64,000 nucleotides of DNA from positions 217 to 64,216 of the forward strand of contig JANOWU010000038.1 of the NCBI GenBank assembly GCA_031418035.1, in the 5' to 3' direction. The number at the start of each line of letters is the position of its first letter. Within the stretch, counting starts at the first letter, position 1. The stretch is from Acidimicrobiia bacterium (GTDB lineage: Bacteria; Actinomycetota; Acidimicrobiia; Acidimicrobiales; JANYDT01). Below, in pieces: positions 9,361 to 17,648 of this stretch. The notes under the pieces are model-generated. The model had not been told where the DNA came from. It was given only the letters and a program-made list of their open reading frames with translations, and made no database searches. Both the position numbers and the translations under genes were made by a program.

Positions 9361-9759
9361 TTAGAACAGCATGAGTTCGCGGCGTACGTCGGTCGGGAAG
9401 GATTGAGTAGCCAGCCGGTGGTAGGCCACGACTGCACCGGGGGGCCCGGCGAGGGTCAACAGGGTGAACTTCTTGCTCCAGCGCATGACGCGGAAGAGAT
9501 CGAGAATCATAACGCCGTACGCCGCGGAGATGAACCCGTGGAAGTAGGCCGTGACCTTGCGCAACAGGGTTTGCCAGGTTGCTTCGTCGACGTCGAAGAG
9601 GTACCTGCGGGCCATCAGCGGAAGCAGGATCAGGTAGCTGATCGTTTCCACAACGGCCATTGCCTTGGTGAACCGGATTTTGCGTTCCAACTGCCGGATG
9701 GGGTTGACCGTCTCCAACAGCTCCCCGACTTCCGGGGTATCGATCGGTGACCTGTTCAC
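9361..9759 (-). CDS. small integral membrane protein, DUF3817-like
   Basis: Three hydrophobic helices with the pattern ...FHGFISAAYGVMILDLFRVMRWS.... The family call is tentative. Confidence 0.45.
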   Translation of the reverse strand: MNRSPIDTPEVGELLETVNPIRQLERKIRFTKAMAVVETISYLILLPLMARRYLFDVDEATWQTLLRKVTAYFHGFISAAYGVMILDLFRVMRWSKKFTLLTLAGPPGAVVAYHRLATQSFPTDVRRELMLF

Positions 9760-9762
9760 ACC

Positions 9763-10341
9763 TCAGTCCTCGGAATCGTCGGGTTCGGCGTCGAAGCCAG
9801 CCTGGGCGAGTCGGTCGAGCAGCTGATCTCGGATGCTCACGCCGGGGTCGCGGGCCTTCTCACCCGAGATGCGCCAGCCCATCCGCGAGGAGTACAGCAA
9901 CGGTGGTTCTTTCAGGCGGCCCTCGCGAGTAGCCGTGACACGGGCGAAGAACAACTCGTGGTCGCCGAGCATCTTTCGGTCCTCTACCTCGCAGCGCAGG
10001 TACCCGATTGCGTTGGGAACGACAGGCAGCCCGTCGAAGTCCTCCACGAAGTCGGTGGCGAGATGGCGGAACTTACGTCCCGGGTACGAGAAGTACTGGC
10101 CCTCCGCTATCTGGTCCCCGGCCAGGATCGACACGGCGAACAGCCCGGTAGATGCTATGTGTGCATAGGTATCGTGCTTGGGGGACACGGACGCCATAAG
10201 GATTGGCTCCTCGAAGCTCACCTGCATGACCCAGTGCGAACAGTACAGGTTTCGTTGTTGGCCGTCGGCCGAACGAGCGCCCACCACTTGGACCGCATGC
10301 ATCATCTGGCCGAGGGTTCGCTTGAGCTTTGGGTCGATCAT
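9763..10341 (-). CDS. flavin reductase-like (FMN-binding split-barrel) domain protein
   Basis: Pattern VVGARS...SHWVMQVSFEEPILMASVSPKHDTYAHI...FAVSIL... resembles the Flavin_Reduct family. Confidence 0.65.
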   Translation of the reverse strand: MIDPKLKRTLGQMMHAVQVVGARSADGQQRNLYCSHWVMQVSFEEPILMASVSPKHDTYAHIASTGLFAVSILAGDQIAEGQYFSYPGRKFRHLATDFVEDFDGLPVVPNAIGYLRCEVEDRKMLGDHELFFARVTATREGRLKEPPLLYSSRMGWRISGEKARDPGVSIRDQLLDRLAQAGFDAEPDDSED

Positions 10342-10347
10342 GAATCC

Positions 10348-11247
10348 CTAGTCCTGTGGCCAGAGGCCGGTTCCGTTCACCGGCGACTTTGAAACGACTA
10401 TCGCAAGGACGATAGCCACCACGCCCATGGCGACAACAACGGCGACATCGCGGCGAGCGTCGCGACCGCGATACCGGGGGTGCATCAAGACGCCACCGGC
10501 GATCACGCCGAACACGAGGCCACCGAGGTGTCCACCGATGGAAATGCCCGGTATGGAGAACGTGATGACGAGGTTGATGAGGAGCATGGGGCCCCACGTG
10601 CTGTTGAAGGGCACGCCCCGCTGTCGCATGGCAATCGTTGCCGCGCCCGCCAGCCCGAACACGGCACCCGAAGCACCGCCGGTGAGACCGTAGGGCTCGA
10701 ACAACAGTGCACCGAGTGACCCTCCCAGGAGAGCGACGAAGTACAGGCCGATGAAACGCCAGCGACCGAGTGCTGGTTCCAGAAAGCGACCCAATTGCAG
10801 AAGCGCAAACATGTTGAAGGCGATGTGCAGGATGCTGAAGTGCAGAAATCCCGAGCTCACCAAACGCCAGACCTCACCGTTCGCCACACCTCCGGCGCCA
10901 CCGCGGGCGCTGGGAATGGAGGCGATCACACCGAAGTCCAACGTCTTCCACCGCTGGAGCAGTTCGGTCATCACGAAGACTGCGGCATTGAGCGCAATGA
11001 TCCCCTGCGTGATCGGGGTGTCCATGTTGGTCATACGCGCCTTGGACACCTTGGCGTTGCGGATGACCTGAGTCTTCGTGCTGGGCGCCGCCTCCTTGAG
11101 GCACACCGTGCAGTGCTGGCCGACCGGCGCATCGCGCAGACACGACGCACACGCGGGGCGGTCACAGCGGCTGCACGAGCGCAGCGTTTCGCGGGTCGGG
11201 TGGATATGGCAGTACTTCACCAGCGAGGCTTCCTCAGGTGACATCAC
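10348..11247 (-). CDS. rhomboid-family intramembrane serine protease with an N-terminal zinc-ribbon
   Basis: N-terminal CHIHP..CSRCDRPACASC...CTVC. Catalytic GASGAVFGL and downstream GGHLGGL. At least 6 TM segments. Its start overlaps the gatB stop. Confidence 0.85.
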   Translation of the reverse strand: MMSPEEASLVKYCHIHPTRETLRSCSRCDRPACASCLRDAPVGQHCTVCLKEAAPSTKTQVIRNAKVSKARMTNMDTPITQGIIALNAAVFVMTELLQRWKTLDFGVIASIPSARGGAGGVANGEVWRLVSSGFLHFSILHIAFNMFALLQLGRFLEPALGRWRFIGLYFVALLGGSLGALLFEPYGLTGGASGAVFGLAGAATIAMRQRGVPFNSTWGPMLLINLVITFSIPGISIGGHLGGLVFGVIAGGVLMHPRYRGRDARRDVAVVVAMGVVAIVLAIVVSKSPVNGTGLWPQD

Positions 11248-12677
11248 AGACCCGCTTTCGCTCGCAGGGCGGCCGTGATTGTCTTCCCGTCGGCCTTCCC
11301 ACCGGTTGCTTTCATCGCCGCTCCCACGAAGAATCCGGCGATTTTCGGGTCGCCGCCTCGTAGACGATCGAACTCTGCGGGGTGCTCAGCAATGAGTCGG
11401 TCGACGAGTTCCTCCGAAGCATCGGAGGCGAGCGCCTCGAATCCTTTGGCCGCTGCGATGGCAGCGGGATAGCCGCCATTCTCCAGAAGCTCCTGGAGCA
11501 CGGATTTCGCCTGTGTTGCGGTGACTGTTCCGGCGGCCTCCATGGCCAAAAGGGCGACGAAGGCGTCCACCGACATCTTGTGGTTCGGACCGTAGGCCGC
11601 GACTTCGTTGGCCGCCCGATTGATGGCCCGCCGCGCGTCGGCCCCGGCCTCGATCGCCGCAAACACGAGGGGATCGAGGTCCTGATCGATAACGGTCAGA
11701 ATCGCATCGGAGCTCGTGGCCAGCGCCCCTCCGGTGGCCGCCGAGAGCTCTCGACGCTTGTCGCCCGGCATCTTCGGCAGGGCCGCGCGAACCTCGGCAA
11801 TCCAGGCCTCGGACGGGTCCATGGCCACCAGATCAGGTTCGGGGAAGTACCGATAATCGAATGCCTCTTCTTTGGAGCGCATCGACGACGTACGACCGTC
11901 GTCTTCGCTCCAGTGTCGAGTTTCTTGGACGATCCGCTCACCCGAGGTGATCAGGTCGATCTGTCGGTCGGCCTCGTACTCGATCGCGCGAATCAGCGAA
12001 CGCAGCGAGTTCAGATTCTTGATCTCGCACCGCGTGCCCAGCGCTTCACCTGGCCTACGTACGCTTACGTTGGCATCGACCCGGAGGGAACCCTCCTCCA
12101 TCTTGCCGTCGGACGCACCGGTGGCAACCAGGATGGATCGCAGCTCGCTGACGTAGGCCTTTGCGTCTTCGGCAGAACGAATGTCGGGCCGACTGACGAT
12201 CTCGACGAGTGGTACGCCGGCTCGGTTGTAGTCAACCAGTGAGTGGCTCGCCCCGTGGATGCGACCGCCGGTGCCGCCGACATGGCTCGATTTGCCGGTG
12301 TCTTCTTCCATATGCGCACGTTCGACTCCGATCCGGGTGCCGTTAGGAAGGTCGAGGTATCCGTCGGCATTGATCGGTTGGTCGTATTGCGAGACCTGGT
12401 AGTCCTTGGGCATGTCCGGGTAGAAGTAGTTCTTCCGGTGGAAGATGCTGGGCTTGATGGTGCAGTGCAACGCCGCCCCGATTCGCATGGCGTACTCGAC
12501 CGCGGTTCGGTTCACGACGGGAAGTGACCCTGGGAGCCCAAGACACACCGGACAAATGTTGGTGTTCGGATCTTCCCCGAAACTGTTCGCGCATCCGCAG
12601 AAGATCTTTGTTTGCGTTGCGAGCTCGCAGTGAACCTCGAGGCCCACGACAAGTTCCCATCCCTCTCGAATTGCCAT
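11244..12677 (-). CDS. gatB: Asp-tRNA(Asn)/Glu-tRNA(Gln) amidotransferase subunit B
   Basis: 477 aa with the typical GatB N-terminus WELVVGLEVHCELATQTKIFCGC and a C-terminal YqeY-like tail. Confidence 0.95.
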   Translation of the reverse strand: MAIREGWELVVGLEVHCELATQTKIFCGCANSFGEDPNTNICPVCLGLPGSLPVVNRTAVEYAMRIGAALHCTIKPSIFHRKNYFYPDMPKDYQVSQYDQPINADGYLDLPNGTRIGVERAHMEEDTGKSSHVGGTGGRIHGASHSLVDYNRAGVPLVEIVSRPDIRSAEDAKAYVSELRSILVATGASDGKMEEGSLRVDANVSVRRPGEALGTRCEIKNLNSLRSLIRAIEYEADRQIDLITSGERIVQETRHWSEDDGRTSSMRSKEEAFDYRYFPEPDLVAMDPSEAWIAEVRAALPKMPGDKRRELSAATGGALATSSDAILTVIDQDLDPLVFAAIEAGADARRAINRAANEVAAYGPNHKMSVDAFVALLAMEAAGTVTATQAKSVLQELLENGGYPAAIAAAKGFEALASDASEELVDRLIAEHPAEFDRLRGGDPKIAGFFVGAAMKATGGKADGKTITAALRAKAGL

Positions 12678-12678
12678 C

Positions 12679-14172
12679 TCAGTTCCCCGCTTCTATGACC
12701 GCAGAAACCTTGAATAGCAGGGGCTCTGAGAGGGTGGGGCCAAGAATCTGGACCCCGATGGGCATGCCGTCGACCCCGACACCGCACGGGACGCTGATCG
12801 CCGGATCCCCCGAGAGGTTTGAGGGGATCGTGGCGACGTCGTTGTAGTACATCGTCATCGGGTCCGCCGTCTTGTCCCCGAATTTGAAGGCCGTGCTGGG
12901 CGACGTCGGGGTGAGGAGGACGTCAAAGTTCTCGTACGCACGACTGAAGTCGCGAATTATAAGTGTACGAACTTTTTGAGCCTGTCCGTAGTAGGCGTCG
13001 TAATAGCCCGCGCTCAGCGCATATGTCCCGAGCATTATTCGACGCTTCACTTCGGCACCAAACCCTGCGGCGCGCGTTGCGCACATCATTTCGACGATGT
13101 TCGATGTGGCAGCGTTCTTTCCTTCGGGGTAGGCACGGACACCGTAACGGACGCCATCGTAACGAGCGAGGTTGCTGGAACACTCCGCCGGAGCGATGAT
13201 GTAGTAAGCGGACAGACCAAGTTTGGCGGCGGGCACACTCACCCAGCCGACCTTTGCGCCGGCATCTCGTAAGCGCTGAGCGGCCACCTCCATCCGCTCC
13301 AGGACGTCGGTCGCCATGCCCTCGCCGGACAACTCCTGCACGATTCCGACGCGAAGCCCTTCGAGGCCGTTGCGTTGACCGTCGTGTACCGCCGAAATCA
13401 ACGACATCGCCGGTGCGTCGATCGACGTGGAGTCCATCGGGTCGTGACCCCCGATGACCTCCATGACGAGCGCAGCATCTTCGACGGTATGCGTGAATGG
13501 CCCGATCTGATCGAGTGAGCTCGCAAATGCGATCAAGCCGTAACGGCTGACGGCACCGTACGTCGGCTTGAGGCCGACCAGCCCGCAGAGCGAAGCGGGC
13601 TGGCGGATCGAGCCGCCGGTGTCTGAACCAAGGGCGGCGGCGCTGAAACCGGCCGCGACTGCCGCGGCACTACCGCCACTGGATCCGCCGGGTACCCGTT
13701 CGAAGTCATGGGGGTTGCGCGTGGGGCCGAACGCTGAGTTCTCTGTTGACGAACCCATCGCGAACTCGTCGAGGTTGGTCTTCCCGACCAGCACGGCGCC
13801 GGCCGCTGCGAGGCGGTCGACGATCGTCGCGTTGTACGGAGGGCACCACCCCTCCAAGATTTTCGACGAACATGTCGTAGGGATCCCCGTCGTGCACATG
13901 TTGTCCTTCAAGGCAATGGGGACACCCGCGAGTCGTCCCGGCTCCCGTCCTGCGGCGACAGTTTCGTCGACACGCTGAGCGGCGAGCTCCGCCTGCTCGC
14001 GAAGCACCACATTGAACGCGTGGACGTTCGCCTCATGCTCGTCGACGCGACCCATATGCGTGCGAAGGACATCTGCGGCGCGAAGCGTGCCGCCACGAAC
14101 CCCGGCAGCGATCTCGGTCGCCGACATCGGCTTCAAAACGGCGGCCGATCCCACGGGTGGCGAAGTGGTCAC
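12679..14172 (-). CDS. gatA: Glu-tRNA(Gln) amidotransferase subunit A
   Basis: Amidase signature GGSSGGSAAAVAAG...GSDTGGSIRQPA. Sits between gatC and gatB. Confidence 0.95.
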   Translation of the reverse strand: MTTSPPVGSAAVLKPMSATEIAAGVRGGTLRAADVLRTHMGRVDEHEANVHAFNVVLREQAELAAQRVDETVAAGREPGRLAGVPIALKDNMCTTGIPTTCSSKILEGWCPPYNATIVDRLAAAGAVLVGKTNLDEFAMGSSTENSAFGPTRNPHDFERVPGGSSGGSAAAVAAGFSAAALGSDTGGSIRQPASLCGLVGLKPTYGAVSRYGLIAFASSLDQIGPFTHTVEDAALVMEVIGGHDPMDSTSIDAPAMSLISAVHDGQRNGLEGLRVGIVQELSGEGMATDVLERMEVAAQRLRDAGAKVGWVSVPAAKLGLSAYYIIAPAECSSNLARYDGVRYGVRAYPEGKNAATSNIVEMMCATRAAGFGAEVKRRIMLGTYALSAGYYDAYYGQAQKVRTLIIRDFSRAYENFDVLLTPTSPSTAFKFGDKTADPMTMYYNDVATIPSNLSGDPAISVPCGVGVDGMPIGVQILGPTLSEPLLFKVSAVIEAGN

Positions 14173-14486
14173 GGTGCGTCCCCCAGAATCTGCGGCACTC
14201 GGAAACGGTCGTGTTGGGCATCGGGCGCCATTGCCAGCACGACATCGCGGTCGACGGAGGGACGAACCACGTCGTCACGGAACACGTTCGAGAGCGGAAG
14301 TGGGTGCGCAGTCGTCGAGACGCCCTCGGTGTCGAGAGCGGCAAGGTCCTGTGCGTGTTCCAGAACTGCGGTGAGATCGGCTGTGTACTGGTCGATTTCG
14401 GCGGTGGTGAGGTCGAGACGGGCAAGTTTGGCGACGTGTACAACGTCTTCTCGCGACAGTCGAGAGCCCGATGATTCGGATGGCAT
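14169..14486 (-). CDS. gatC: Asp/Glu-tRNA amidotransferase subunit C
   Basis: About 105 aa starting at the internal ATG (MPSESSGSRLSREDVVHVAKLARLDLT...), a typical GatC. 4-nt overlap with gatA. The upstream part of the 156-aa ORF looks non-coding. Confidence 0.85.
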   Translation of the reverse strand: MPSESSGSRLSREDVVHVAKLARLDLTTAEIDQYTADLTAVLEHAQDLAALDTEGVSTTAHPLPLSNVFRDDVVRPSVDRDVVLAMAPDAQHDRFRVPQILGDAP

Positions 14487-14632
14487 GCAACCATCGTAGG
14501 GGGCACCGCCTGTCTTTCCGGGCGGGTACCTGAGATTCGCGCCGCTGAGGCGCGTCACGGATTCGTCGTGGTCTTTCACGCCCCGTACGCGGCCAGTTGG
14601 CGAAACCGCCCCGGGCGTCAGAAACGCCGGGG

Positions 14633-14653
14633 CGCCCAATGAGTCATTGGGCG
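14633..14653. promoter_or_regulatory. 21-bp perfect palindrome CGCCCAATGA-G-TCATTGGGCG (candidate operator)
   Basis: Read directly from the sequence. Lies in the gatC / flp1 divergent intergenic region, preceded by an imperfect hairpin at 14608-14633. Confidence 0.3.
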
Positions 14654-14809
14654 GACAGCGAAGCCAAATCCGTAGGCCGTCGGTTTCATTTTGGCCACGG
14701 GAGGCGTCCGGATCATCGATTTTGATGATCGGGTCGGGGTGTGGGAGTCCGATGCTTTGTATACCCGACCGCCGAGATGCGGACCCAAAACAACCCGAAG
14801 GAAATTCCT

Positions 14810-15007
14810 ATGCTTGAAATGTTTGTTGCTGTTCAGACCTGGATCGCCGGTCGTCGTGCAGAGATCGATGAGCGGGGTGCGACCGCTGTTGAGTACGCCT
14901 TGATGGTTGGTCTTATTGCTGTTGCGATCATCGCGACCGTCACGGTCCTTGGTAACAAGGTGAAGTCGACGTTCAACGCCCTTGGTAACACCCTGCCGAC
15001 CGGCTGA
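14810..15007 (+). CDS. flp: Flp/Fap-family type IVb pilin (copy 1)
   Basis: 65 aa. Leader MLEMFVAVQTWIAGRRAEIDERG followed by ATAVEYALMVGLIAVAII (G/XXXXEY processing motif plus hydrophobic helix). RBS gaagga lies 8 nt upstream. Confidence 0.9.
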   Translation: MLEMFVAVQTWIAGRRAEIDERGATAVEYALMVGLIAVAIIATVTVLGNKVKSTFNALGNTLPTG

Positions 15008-15055
15008 ACCATTTGGTTCGTGGTGTCGTCGTTGTTACGGCGATCACCGAGGAGC

Positions 15056-15094
15056 GAGTCCGTACCCGAAAGGGTGCGGACTCGTTTCGCGTTT
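15056..15094 (+). terminator. intrinsic terminator-like hairpin after flp copy 1
   Basis: gagtccgtaccc-gaaa-gggtgcggactc followed by gtttcgcgttt. Confidence 0.6.
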
Positions 15095-15311
15095 GGGACC
15101 CTGCGCCGACCCGCGCTGCGTCATCGCTCACCGTTCGAGGAGCCGCTGGTCCGCTCGTCGTATCGACGCACGAAAAATGTAGGTCTGGAGTTTCAATTTC
15201 GACCGAATGGCGCGCCGTTTCATCCGTTTTGATGATCGAGTCGGGGTGTGGGTGTCCGATGGTCTCAGTGCTGACTCCCGACACTACGAAAGAAACCCGA
15301 GGAAATTTACG

Positions 15312-15509
15312 ATGCTTGAAATGTTTGTTGCTGTTCAGACCTGGATCGCTGGTCGACGTGCGGAGATCGATGAGCGAGGTGCGACGGCCGTGGAGTACGC
15401 CTTGATGGTTGGTCTCATTGCTGTTGCAATCATTGCGACGGTGACGGTACTTGGACGGAAGGTGAAATCAACGTTCAACTCGCTCGGGAACACGCTGCCG
15501 ACTGGGTGA
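15312..15509 (+). CDS. flp: Flp/Fap-family type IVb pilin (copy 2)
   Basis: 65 aa. Differs from copy 1 at two residues of the mature part (N to R, A to S). Same leader and G/ATAVEY motif. Confidence 0.9.
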   Translation: MLEMFVAVQTWIAGRRAEIDERGATAVEYALMVGLIAVAIIATVTVLGRKVKSTFNSLGNTLPTG

Positions 15510-15555
15510 CCAGCCTCGCGGTCGCCTTCGTTCTCAAGGGAAATCACTCGACGGC

Positions 15556-15596
15556 GAGTCCGTGCCCGTAAGGGTGCGGGCTCGTTTCGCGTTTTC
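15556..15596 (+). terminator. intrinsic terminator-like hairpin after flp copy 2
   Basis: gagtccgtgccc-gtaa-gggtgcgggctc (with G:U pairs) followed by gtttcgcgtttt. Convergent with the ferredoxin gene. Confidence 0.55.
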
Positions 15597-15604
15597 GGAC
15601 CCTC

Positions 15605-15934
15605 TTAGGAACGATACGGGTCGTCGGCGGAGAGCGGATACTCCCACCAGTCATCGGGGGTTGGGTCCGGATTCGGGTCGACGATTATGCAGTCGACCGG
15701 ACATACCGGCGGCAGACACTTTCCGCAGCCCGAACACAACTCGGGAACGATGATGACGTCGAGGCCGTGGTTGAAAATGGCGCCGAATTGGGGTGGACAG
15801 TGCCGCAAACACGTATCGCAGTTGATACACGTTGCCATGTCAATCCGAAACGCCGGGTTCAGCCATTTGTCGTTGCGGACCCGGTCGCGGACACGGTCGA
15901 CACGTGTTGTGCCGCGAGGGTCGTTCATACTCAT
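15605..15934 (-). CDS. 4Fe-4S dicluster ferredoxin with an Arg-rich N-terminal extension
   Basis: CINCDTCLRHCP and CSGCGKCLPPVCP cluster motifs. The start is uncertain: ATG at 15934, ATG at 15973 inside the repeat array, or the later MATC. Confidence 0.75.
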   Translation of the reverse strand: MSMNDPRGTTRVDRVRDRVRNDKWLNPAFRIDMATCINCDTCLRHCPPQFGAIFNHGLDVIIVPELCSGCGKCLPPVCPVDCIIVDPNPDPTPDDWWEYPLSADDPYRS

Positions 15935-15960
15935 GGCTCGTACGGTAGTAGGGCCCGGAG

Positions 15961-16040
15961 CATCCACGCTCATCCACGCTCACCCACGCGCACCCACGCG
16001 CACCCACGCTCATCCACGCTCATCCACGCCGATCCACCCA
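15961..16040. repeat. decanucleotide tandem array, 8 units of exactly 10 bp (CA[TC]CCACGC[TG])
   Basis: catccacgct x2, cacccacgcg x2, cacccacgct, catccacgct, catccacgcc, gatccaccca. Lies between the divergent ferredoxin and SCP2 genes. Confidence 0.9.
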
Positions 16041-16147
16041 ACTTGGACGCACGTGCTGCGCCCGCACTCACCGCTGCGCAGCGTTGTTCCGGATCCAAGC
16101 TGCGAGGCATGGTCTCGTACGTTTGCGAGAACTTGTAGCGTCGGCGT

Positions 16148-16567
16148 ATGGCACAGCATGCGTTTTTGAGTTCGGGATGGATTCAGGAAGCTCGTCGGAT
16201 CCGCGACGAACAACGATCGGAGATCGGTCCGCCCCCACCAATACGGATGAACCTCACGGTGACCGACGTCCCCTTCGAGACGGAGACGCTTCATGCCCAC
16301 GTCGACACCACATCGGGCGTCTTGGACGTCGATCAGGATCACCTCCTCGACGCCGATGTCGTGATCACCGCCGACTACGCCACGACCAAGTCGCTGTTCG
16401 TGGGCCAAGACCCTGCGGCGGTGATGCAAGCCTTCATGAGCGGGAAAATCCGAGTGCAGGGCGACCTGGCGAAACTCCTTGCTCTTCAAGCATCGGTGCC
16501 TACCGATGCCGAAGGGCCGGTCCGAGACGTCGCTCAAAGGATCTCGGCGATGACCGCTCCAGACTGA
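16148..16567 (+). CDS. SCP2 sterol-binding-domain protein
   Basis: 139 aa. C-terminal ...AAVMQAFMSGKIRVQGDLAKLLALQ is typical of SCP-2 domains. Confidence 0.7.
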   Translation: MAQHAFLSSGWIQEARRIRDEQRSEIGPPPPIRMNLTVTDVPFETETLHAHVDTTSGVLDVDQDHLLDADVVITADYATTKSLFVGQDPAAVMQAFMSGKIRVQGDLAKLLALQASVPTDAEGPVRDVAQRISAMTAPD

Positions 16568-16639
16568 GCAGGACCTCGGGTCGTTCGTCCAAACAGTGCT
16601 CAAGGTTCGGGGCGAAATCGACGATGACTTCTGCGCAGT

Positions 16640-17347
16640 GTGACTGTGCCAGGAATATCTATGACCCCCGAACAAATACTCGAACCACCGATCCAGGGCT
16701 CCTTCAGCTCGGTTGAACTCGGGCTGGTTCGCGTGACGGATTCGGTTCAGGTGCTGACCCGCCGACGCTTCCTCGCCGACCTTCTCCTGCGAACGATCCC
16801 CGCGGAACTTCCCGACGTCGCAGCTGCGACCGTTGTCGTGGTCGACGCCGTACTTCCCACCGGTGAAAAAGCCGTCGCAGATCTGGTCGCACAAGCCCGG
16901 TCGCGGGGAGACCAGGTGGTCGCGGTGTGTGCACCACCCACGCCACTCGTCGCTGCATGCTGGATCGAGTTGGGGGCCAACGCGGTCCTGACCGACGATG
17001 CCACGGTCGGAGATCTCTTCGACGTCATCGAACGGCTGCATCGAAACGAGACCGTGCTCGGTGTGTCGGTTCGAGAAGGGCTCCTCAGCCAGCTGCGGGC
17101 GAGCCGCCAAGAACGATGTGATCGCGATGCGCTCTTCGTGTCGCTGACCAAACGCGAACGAGAGGTCTTGCAGAAGCTGGCCCTCGGGGTCAGCCCGGAG
17201 GACGTTGCAAAGGCGAGTTTCGTGTCGCTGAATACCGTCCGATCTCAGATCCGTGGCATTCTCGCGAAACTCGACGTGAGTTCCGTGGTCGCCGCAGTCG
17301 CGCTGGCCTACCGCTCCGGCTGGTTGCGCGAAGAACCAACGTTCTGA
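16640..17347 (+). CDS. LuxR-family transcriptional regulator with a degenerate receiver-like N-terminal domain
   Basis: C-terminal HTH LTKREREVLQKLALGVSPEDVAKASFVSLNTVRSQIRGILAKL. The N-terminus has VVVVD but lacks an obvious acidic pair. Exact start is uncertain. Confidence 0.75.
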   Translation: MTVPGISMTPEQILEPPIQGSFSSVELGLVRVTDSVQVLTRRRFLADLLLRTIPAELPDVAAATVVVVDAVLPTGEKAVADLVAQARSRGDQVVAVCAPPTPLVAACWIELGANAVLTDDATVGDLFDVIERLHRNETVLGVSVREGLLSQLRASRQERCDRDALFVSLTKREREVLQKLALGVSPEDVAKASFVSLNTVRSQIRGILAKLDVSSVVAAVALAYRSGWLREEPTF

Positions 17348-17648
17348 ACGTACGTACACCTGGTTCTGCGGAACCTATGTACACCTACTCACTGACACTC
17401 CGCAGACGTGACGGAGCTACGCCTCCACCGCTCGCGATGTGAACACGACGTTTGTCGTTGGTCGGTTCTTCACCTTTTGCTAACAGGGTTCTGAAAAACC
17501 TCCCTTCCGACCTCAGCGCATTTCGTTGGCCAGCAAATATGTGGCTGCCACACCGTCGAAAAGAAGGATTTTCATCACCCTGCTAAAGACCCACGCCACG
17601 CGAGTCGATAGCCGGTTAGTCGTCATCAACGTGTAAACGGAGAAAACT

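Larger units (their letters stand above)
14718..15597 (+). repeat. tandem duplication (period 502 bp) of a complete flp cassette: upstream block, CDS and terminator
   Basis: Conserved upstream block tttgatgatcgGgtcggggtgtggg at about 14718 and 15222. Near-identical CDSs at 14810 and 15312. Near-identical hairpins at 15056 and 15556. Confidence 0.85.

Noticed and set aside
14691-14903. 70-aa ORF upstream of and overlapping flp1, whose N-terminus (IIDFDDRVGVWESD) resembles the in-frame extension of flp2 (FIRFDDRVGVWVSD)
   Set aside because: The similarity comes from the duplicated upstream DNA block. The two copies are in different frames relative to their flp genes, which argues against a conserved peptide.
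15961-16040. Possible CRISPR array (also considered for 59221-59305)
   Set aside because: The units are only 10 bp (or about 20 bp) and directly abut without unique spacers. No cas genes are in the window.
15981-16040. G-quadruplex potential of the minus strand of the decamer array (GGG every 10 nt)
   Set aside because: Only three closely spaced GGG tracts with 7-nt loops are present, and the fourth tract is distant. This is weak by usual G4 criteria.
16010-17359. 449-aa minus-strand ORF, the longest ORF in this interval
   Set aside because: It is antisense to two plus-strand genes with recognisable domains (SCP2, LuxR HTH). Its Arg/His/Gly/Asp-rich composition has no motifs, which is typical of a shadow ORF in GC-rich DNA.
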